Source of the DNA: Candidatus Iainarchaeum sp.
GTDB lineage: Archaea; Iainarchaeota; Iainarchaeia; Iainarchaeales; CSSED10-239
DNA: 11,458 bases
Assembly: GCA_028693335.1 (NCBI GenBank)
Contig: JAQUVR010000011.1
Span: forward strand, 1 to 11,458
Direction: 5' to 3'
This document shows positions 6,767 through 11,458 of this stretch, piece by piece. The notes under the pieces were generated by a model. That model was given only the letters and a program-made list of their open reading frames with translations. It was not told the origin of the DNA and made no database searches. Numbering within the stretch: the stretch's first letter is position 1; the number at the start of each line of letters is the position of its first letter. The position numbers and the translations under genes were made by a program.

Positions 6767-7093
6767 ATGAACAAAAAAACAATATTGGTAATTATAGGTA
6801 TAACTATAATTTTAAGTACTTTTGTTTTATTTGCAAAAGTTAATGCAAAAGAAAATGGATCTTTTGCTATATCACAAAGTGATTATTTTTCAAAAAACGG
6901 TTTTACAATTAAACCCATTGAGCCAAGTCAGCCAACTTTTTTAGATATGGTTAGATGTACTTGTAATGGAGAGGCTTGTGGTAGTTCTTTTGAAAGTCAA
7001 CCAAACGTACAGGCTGGAAATTTGATTGTTTATTGTGCACAATTATGTTCTTGTAGATCTCATGTTGGCTTTACTTATGAAACTGAAGAATAG
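6767..7093 (+). CDS. small secreted cysteine-rich protein (108 aa); hypothetical
   Basis: The track ORF starts at TTG 6716. I prefer ATG 6767 (MNKKTILVIIGITIILSTFVLFAKVNA/KENG, a signal peptide) because of the upstream AGGAGAGGAG. GTG 6755 is an alternative. The mature part has six Cys clustered in the C-terminal half (RCTCNGEAC ... YCAQLCSC). Stop is TAG at 7091-7093. Confidence 0.7.
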   Translation: MNKKTILVIIGITIILSTFVLFAKVNAKENGSFAISQSDYFSKNGFTIKPIEPSQPTFLDMVRCTCNGEACGSSFESQPNVQAGNLIVYCAQLCSCRSHVGFTYETEE

Positions 7094-7108
7094 ATTTTTT
7101 TATTCTTC
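7085..7108 (+). terminator. hairpin plus T-runs after the small secreted protein gene
   Basis: gaagaata (7085-7092) pairs perfectly with tattcttc (7101-7108). The stem can extend by G-U and A-T pairs to leave a tttt loop. It overlaps the stop codon and is followed by ttgacttttt (T5 at 7114-7118). Confidence 0.4.
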
Positions 7109-7119
7109 TTGACTTTTTC

Positions 7120-7134
7120 TTTATAAATATTTTG
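7120..7134 (+). promoter_or_regulatory. TATA-box-like promoter motif tttataaatattttg (copy 1)
   Basis: An exact 15-mer that also occurs at 7666-7680. It starts 31 nt upstream of ATG 7151. The intervening 16 nt are pure A/T with no SD, which fits a leaderless or near-leaderless transcript. Confidence 0.45.
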
Positions 7135-7150
7135 ATTATTTATTTTATAT

Positions 7151-7651
7151 ATGAATGATCAACTAAAAATAAAATTTGTGTTTGTTGGTAATAGACCAAT
7201 TAAGAAACCAGAATTATTGAATAATGTTTTGTGTGTCTATCTAAATAGTGGCAGATCTTTTTTATTAGCCAGAGAGAATAGACCAGTTTTTGAATATTTA
7301 TTAAATACAAAAAATAAAAAAGATCAATTACAAATTGTGGAATTACTAAAAAACAACTCTTTTTATGAATTTGTTGGATCTGTTCCAAAAATAAAAGAAT
7401 ATTGTAAATTGTTTGATTCGTTTAATGGTTTTGAAACAATAGATCATTTAGAAAAAGTTCTAAAAAATTTTGAAAAATGGACAAATGGAAATACTTTACA
7501 AAGACAAAAAGCAATTGATGGTTTTTCTAAGGAAATTAAACAATCTATATTAAAAGAATATTTTGCAAATTTAAATGTTAGACAACCAAACCCAGTAAAA
7601 CCAACACAAAAAAAAAGAACAAATGTAACCACAAAGTCAAAAGTTAAATGA
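7151..7651 (+). CDS. hypothetical cytosolic protein (166 aa) with Lys/Thr-rich basic tail
   Basis: ATG-initiated ORF with no signal peptide or TM segment. The C-terminus is QPNPVKPTQKKRTNVTTKSKVK. No family recognised. Stop is TGA at 7649-7651. Confidence 0.7.
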   Translation: MNDQLKIKFVFVGNRPIKKPELLNNVLCVYLNSGRSFLLARENRPVFEYLLNTKNKKDQLQIVELLKNNSFYEFVGSVPKIKEYCKLFDSFNGFETIDHLEKVLKNFEKWTNGNTLQRQKAIDGFSKEIKQSILKEYFANLNVRQPNPVKPTQKKRTNVTTKSKVK

Positions 7652-7665
7652 TTGGCTAAGATAGT

Positions 7666-7680
7666 TTATAAATATTTTGT
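7666..7680 (+). promoter_or_regulatory. TATA-box-like promoter motif tttataaatattttg (copy 2)
   Basis: Identical 15-mer to 7120-7134. It starts 31 nt upstream of GTG 7697, the same spacing as copy 1 to ATG 7151. No SD lies in between. Confidence 0.45.
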
Positions 7681-7696
7681 TTAGTTATAATTATTA

Positions 7697-8671
7697 GTGA
7701 TAGACATGAATAATTTACACAAACTAATTTTTTTAATAAGCTTTTTTTTATTGTTATCTAACATCTATGCATATAATTTAGAAAATGGAAAAACATATTA
7801 TTATGGCGCCATATTAGATATTGGGATATCAGATCTTAATTCTGTTTCTAATATAGATGTAACACAAATAAATTATGTTAATATTAGTGTAAGTAGTGAT
7901 TATGAAACATATATTAGTTATGATTATAATTTAGAAGAAATATCAGAAATGCCAATCCAATTTGATAAAGATATTGCATCAAAATTAAGAATTAGTTATA
8001 TCTTTTTTGATAATGTTGATAACATAATTAAAGAAGAAGAAATAAATATTAATCTTGTTGAAAATTTAGACACTAGTAATTTTTATTTATGTAGTGATAA
8101 AGATTGTCAAAAAGATCTGTTACCAAAAAATTATGATTTTTGGATTGATGATGCTATTTTTGTTTCTGCTGATAAGATTGATTATGAGAAATATAATTAT
8201 AATATTTTTATACAAATAGATCAAGAAAATAATAATACTTTGTTATTATCAGAAGAAAACATTGTTTTTCCATATGAAATTTTTAATGATGTTATTGTTG
8301 GACATAATTATTATAAAATAATAATTGAAATGATTAGTAAAGATAATGAGATTTATTTACAAGAAATCTATTTTAGATTATCTAATTTAAAAGAAATAGA
8401 AAATAGGCAACTGGTTTCAGAAATAACAACTAACAATGAGACAACAACAAACATCTTACAGGAAAATAATAATTTAGAAACTGCTTCTCAAAAAGAGATA
8501 GATACTCAAAAAGCAGAAGAAATTGAATTAAATAAACAAGACACAAAATTAGATAATAAATGGTTTTTTGTGGTTGGATTTGTGGTTTTTATTTTAGTAA
8601 TTTGGTTTTTAAGTAATTTAAAAAAACCTAAACAAAACAGACGAATAATTAGGAAAGAATATGAAAAATAA
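7697..8671 (+). CDS. module A paralog: signal peptide, extracellular domain, polar stalk, C-terminal TM anchor; hypothetical
   Basis: The start is ambiguous between GTG 7697 (favoured by promoter-motif spacing) and ATG 7706 (MNNLHKLIFLISFFLLLSNIYA/YNL). It shares blocks with the N-terminal 317 aa of the fused protein: YYYGAILDIGISDLN / YYDQVVDLGVSDTN, NFYLCSDKDC / NLYLCDSINC, LLLSEENIVFPY / LLFSEKDLSFPY, and YKIIIE / YKLILN. The TM segment WFFVVGFVVFILVIWFLSNL (8561-8620) is followed by the basic tail KKPKQNRRIIRKEYEK. Confidence 0.85.
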   Translation: MIDMNNLHKLIFLISFFLLLSNIYAYNLENGKTYYYGAILDIGISDLNSVSNIDVTQINYVNISVSSDYETYISYDYNLEEISEMPIQFDKDIASKLRISYIFFDNVDNIIKEEEININLVENLDTSNFYLCSDKDCQKDLLPKNYDFWIDDAIFVSADKIDYEKYNYNIFIQIDQENNNTLLLSEENIVFPYEIFNDVIVGHNYYKIIIEMISKDNEIYLQEIYFRLSNLKEIENRQLVSEITTNNETTTNILQENNNLETASQKEIDTQKAEEIELNKQDTKLDNKWFFVVGFVVFILVIWFLSNLKKPKQNRRIIRKEYEK

Positions 8672-11458
8672 TAAACTATTTTTTTTATTTTTATTAATCT
8701 TTATATTTACACAAGAAGTATATGCAATTCCACAAATACCAACAGACTTAGTAAATTATAATACAGTTTATGATATTTTTAATTTTTATTATCCAAAATT
8801 TGAAACCCCATTACAAATTCCAATAAATTATACTGTTTTAGATGATGGGACATTAGCAACAAGGAATATAGGCTATAAAGACATAATTATTGGTAATTTT
8901 ATGCAAACGCCAATAGTAATTAATTCAAAATCAGAAGATCTAAATGTTACTGTAAGTTTAGAAAAAGTTTATTTTTTATCTAACAGATCTAATTTTTCAG
9001 TAGAAAATAATTGTTCTCGTGCAATTTTAAGATACTATACTGAATTAAATAATCTTTTTTTATCACCATACAATCCAAGGAACAAAGATGTTGTAATTGA
9101 TAGAATTTTTGTTCCAAGAACAAAAGAAAGAATTATTTCTTTTTTATCATCAAATGGAGTTAATAATCCTGAAGATTGTCTATTTAATCTAGAAACAAAT
9201 AGAAATCTTTATTCTTTTCCAGTTTTATTTAAATTAGAATCAAAACTAATTGGCACAAAAGAAAGTTTAGGCAAAAACTTTTCTTTTCAAGTTAAGTTTA
9301 ATCCTGATTTTTTAAGTAATATAAAACCAATTCAATATAATGTATCTTTTAGAAAAGAACCAATAAGAGTGAGTTCAACATATAGTTTTCCACGAGGTTG
9401 TGAAAATAATCCTATTGTTGGTGCCTGTTATATTACTAATCAAGATATTATAAATTTTAATGAAACTAGTATTACTTCTCCAGAAAGTGTAGCAATAAAT
9501 AATGAGATTTATAGTTTATTAAATAATTTTACTGCAGTTTCTTCATTTAAGAACAATATGTTTGAAAATATTAATACTCAAAACTTGTTAGTAGATTTAT
9601 CCTTAAAAAGAGAACAATTTTGTTTTAGAGAAGAAAATGAGGATTATACAAAAGTTATTTTTGATGTTGCAAAAGCATATGATCTGTCATTAGAAGAAGC
9701 TTTTCAATTGTGGGCATTAATTTCTGAAAGATCTAATTGTAATTATAATTTGGATCCAACCTTATATGGTTTTGCTCAAGTTGATCTAAGGGATAGAGCT
9801 GATGGTAAATTAATAGATATTGAAGAAATTACAAATACCCAAAATAATCAAACCCCAGTAGATTCTAGTTGCTCTATGTGTGGTGATGGTTATTTTTTAT
9901 CTTCTAATTACCCAACAAGATCAGCAGCTGTTGGTGGCCAAAATCTTTTAAAAGGACAAGTTTGTTATAAATGTGTCTCAGACACAAGAGTTGAGAGATG
10001 TAATCCAAATAATGGAATTGTTGGTGGTACTGTTAATATGCCACTTGCTTTAAAAAATGAAATTTGTCCAAATTTTGGTAATTTACCAGCAAATCAAACA
10101 AATATTTCTGATCAAATATCAAATACCATTCCATTACAATTAGAAGAGGAAGAGCAGTTTCAATATCTGGCTATTGGTGATTTTAATAATATAAATAATT
10201 ATATTAGAGATAATTTATATAATGGAGATACTTATGCCTATTATAAATATGGAATAGATAATAAAATTACAAATTCTGAAACCTATTTTAATTTTTTAAT
10301 TAATGCCATAAAATATAATTCTGATGAATATGGGTCAACTATATTATTTGCATCAGACTATATTAAAGCAATGAATTTTTTAGTAAAAAATAGTAGAGAA
10401 AAATCAGATAATGCTTTTGTTTTTGAAGACAATATTTTAAGCACGCCATATAGTTTAAATTCTGTTTATGTCTTATCTAATATTTTAAATTCAGAAAATA
10501 CTGAAAAAATATATGAAATTGGAAGAAATCCAAATATATTTGAATCAACAACTTTTTTTGTAAAGGATGGTAATAATATAAAAACAACTAGAGATATAAG
10601 AGTTTTAATTAATTATCTTGCAATTAAGAGAAAATATTTAAGAGATCCAGAATATTTTTTAAGATTTAATTTAAGAAGATTTAATGCTAATACTCCTGAT
10701 TTGACTTTAAAGTTAGAAAATTATAATAGATTAAATCACAAATACTGGGACGCAAAAAAAAATATTTATTTACAAACACTTGAAACTAATAATCAAAAAT
10801 TAATGTTAAAAAAAAATATTGAATATTATAGTTTTGATAGATTATTATCAATACCAGCGAGACCAAATTATCCAGTGTCATATATTTTAGATTTTGGTAA
10901 AGAAGTTTATTTAGATGGTCAAGATAATTACATTGGTTTTGGGTTGCTTGCTTGGAATTTTGATACTAAAAGAGAAGCAATAGATAATTACAATTTAATT
11001 TGGGAAGCTTCAAATATTTGTAATAATAAAATTGTTTGTGATCAATCTGTTCCAACAACCAAAGATTGTTGTTATGAGAATAGATCTTTACAAGATGGGC
11101 GAACTTACTATCCTTATTTAGATGTACTTATTGATGGTGCGATACTTGGAATCTATAATCCAACAAGTAAATATAATGATGAAAATAGAGAATACACTCA
11201 TTTGGCTATGTATATTGGAAAAACATCAGCGGGTATTCCTTTGATTATTGAAAGTACTGTTAATGGTCAAAAGATTTCTATTTTAAATAGAGAAATAAGG
11301 GATAGAGTAAAAAGAATATATGTTCCAAAATCAACAAATATTCAAAATATTAGATCAATTATTCAAAATCCATCAAGATATCCATCAACTTATGTAAAAT
11401 TAACAAATGTTCAATTACAAGAGATTCAAAGACAAGAAAGAGAAAGAATAGGTGATAC
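8661..11458 (+). CDS. module B paralog (3' end outside window): secreted protein with SLT-like motif, Cys-rich cassette and degenerate NlpC/P60-like region; hypothetical
   Basis: Absent from the ORF track because no stop occurs before the window edge. I translated it by hand: at least 932 codons from ATG 8661 (MKNNKLFFLFLLIFIFTQEVYA/IPQIPTDL...). The ATG overlaps the upstream gene by 11 nt (ATGAAAAATAA), and AGGA at 8651-8654 lies 6 nt upstream. It is collinear with residues 318-1278 of the fused protein. Shared blocks include RIFVPRTKE / RLFLPRTES, FNPDFLSNIKPI / FNPPFLNTNKPI, PRGCEN / PFGCEN, IFDVAKAY, SNCN, QYLAIGDF / QYLVLGDF, LINYLAIK, YNLIWE, DGAILG, EYTH and RIYVPKST / RVYVPRST. By comparison with the fused copy, only a few tens of codons are missing. 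Confidence 0.88.
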   Translation, partial: MKNNKLFFLFLLIFIFTQEVYAIPQIPTDLVNYNTVYDIFNFYYPKFETPLQIPINYTVLDDGTLATRNIGYKDIIIGNFMQTPIVINSKSEDLNVTVSLEKVYFLSNRSNFSVENNCSRAILRYYTELNNLFLSPYNPRNKDVVIDRIFVPRTKERIISFLSSNGVNNPEDCLFNLETNRNLYSFPVLFKLESKLIGTKESLGKNFSFQVKFNPDFLSNIKPIQYNVSFRKEPIRVSSTYSFPRGCENNPIVGACYITNQDIINFNETSITSPESVAINNEIYSLLNNFTAVSSFKNNMFENINTQNLLVDLSLKREQFCFREENEDYTKVIFDVAKAYDLSLEEAFQLWALISERSNCNYNLDPTLYGFAQVDLRDRADGKLIDIEEITNTQNNQTPVDSSCSMCGDGYFLSSNYPTRSAAVGGQNLLKGQVCYKCVSDTRVERCNPNNGIVGGTVNMPLALKNEICPNFGNLPANQTNISDQISNTIPLQLEEEEQFQYLAIGDFNNINNYIRDNLYNGDTYAYYKYGIDNKITNSETYFNFLINAIKYNSDEYGSTILFASDYIKAMNFLVKNSREKSDNAFVFEDNILSTPYSLNSVYVLSNILNSENTEKIYEIGRNPNIFESTTFFVKDGNNIKTTRDIRVLINYLAIKRKYLRDPEYFLRFNLRRFNANTPDLTLKLENYNRLNHKYWDAKKNIYLQTLETNNQKLMLKKNIEYYSFDRLLSIPARPNYPVSYILDFGKEVYLDGQDNYIGFGLLAWNFDTKREAIDNYNLIWEASNICNNKIVCDQSVPTTKDCCYENRSLQDGRTYYPYLDVLIDGAILGIYNPTSKYNDENREYTHLAMYIGKTSAGIPLIIESTVNGQKISILNREIRDRVKRIYVPKSTNIQNIRSIIQNPSRYPSTYVKLTNVQLQEIQRQERERIGD
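9654..9779 (+). other. SLT/lysozyme-like motif region, split copy
   Basis: VIFDVAKAYDLSLEEAFQLWALISERSNCNYNLDPTLYGFAQ. The candidate Glu356 (9726-9728) is conserved with Glu670 of the fused copy. GFAQ replaces GLSQ. Confidence 0.45.
9879..10067 (+). other. 63-aa cysteine-rich cassette, split copy (Cys407-Cys469)
   Basis: CGDGYFLSSNYPTRSAAVGGQNLLKGQVCYKCVSDTRVERCNPNNGIVGGTVNMPLALKNEIC is homologous to 3662-3850. Here it lies upstream of the QYL-x-x-GDF block rather than downstream of it. Confidence 0.7.
10854..11333 (+). other. NlpC/P60-like region lacking the nucleophile Cys, split copy
   Basis: PVSYILDFG aligns without gaps to CAQFVREFG, putting Pro738 (10872-10874) opposite Cys1044. LIDGAILGIY ... 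EYTHLAMYIGKTSAGIPLIIES keeps His847 (11199-11201). Glu864 (11250-11252) replaces the second His at the identical 17-residue spacing. Confidence 0.45.

Noticed and set aside
1-11458. Alternative genetic code with TGA recoded, as in some candidate-phyla bacteria.
   Set aside because: All long ORFs are open under the standard code. Trp is encoded by TGG in conserved positions (for example FWVGGG in RuBisCO and NLIWE). TGA closes ORFs at sensible ends (7649-7651 and 5065-5067).
1-11458. CRISPR arrays, tRNA/rRNA genes, transposases, integrases and inverted terminal repeats.
   Set aside because: There are no regularly spaced direct repeats. No GC-rich structured segment occurs in any intergenic region (952-1072, 4895-5074, 6539-6766, 7094-7150, 7652-7696). 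No ORF has DDE, tyrosine- or serine-recombinase motifs.

Overview
Visibly AT-rich prokaryotic window (roughly 25-30% G+C by eye) read with standard stop codons. All calls come from motif recognition and by-eye alignment; nothing was searched. Two housekeeping enzymes are recognisable: an aspartate carbamoyltransferase catalytic chain (pyrB, 10..936, minus) and a bona fide RuBisCO large subunit of the long form II/III-like type (5075..6538, minus). That RuBisCO type is known from some methanogens, DPANN archaea and CPR bacteria. This, the low G+C, TATA-like promoter motifs and the giant Asn-rich secreted proteins suggest an ultra-small, possibly episymbiotic organism. I cannot decide archaeon versus bacterium from the window.

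The rest of the window holds two paralogous copies of an uncharacterised two-module cell-surface system. Module A (about 300 aa) has a signal peptide, an extracellular domain with a conserved YLC-x4-C loop, a polar stalk, a C-terminal TM anchor and a basic tail. Module B (about 950 aa) is secreted. It carries a lytic-transglycosylase/lysozyme-like motif, a 63-aa cysteine-rich cassette and a C-terminal NlpC/P60-CHAP-like papain-fold motif set.

In copy 1 (1073..4894) A and B are fused into one 1273-aa protein. In copy 2 they are separate, translationally coupled genes: 7697..8671, and 8661..>11458. The second gene is missing from the ORF track because it runs off the window without a stop.

The two copies differ in three ways:
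- The predicted Cys nucleophile is present only in the fused copy.
- The Cys-rich cassette sits at different backbone positions.
- The fusion turns the B signal peptide into an internal hydrophobic segment.

A small secreted Cys-rich protein (6767..7093) and a 166-aa cytosolic protein (7151..7651) lie just upstream of copy 2. No tRNA, rRNA, CRISPR array, transposase or integrase was seen.
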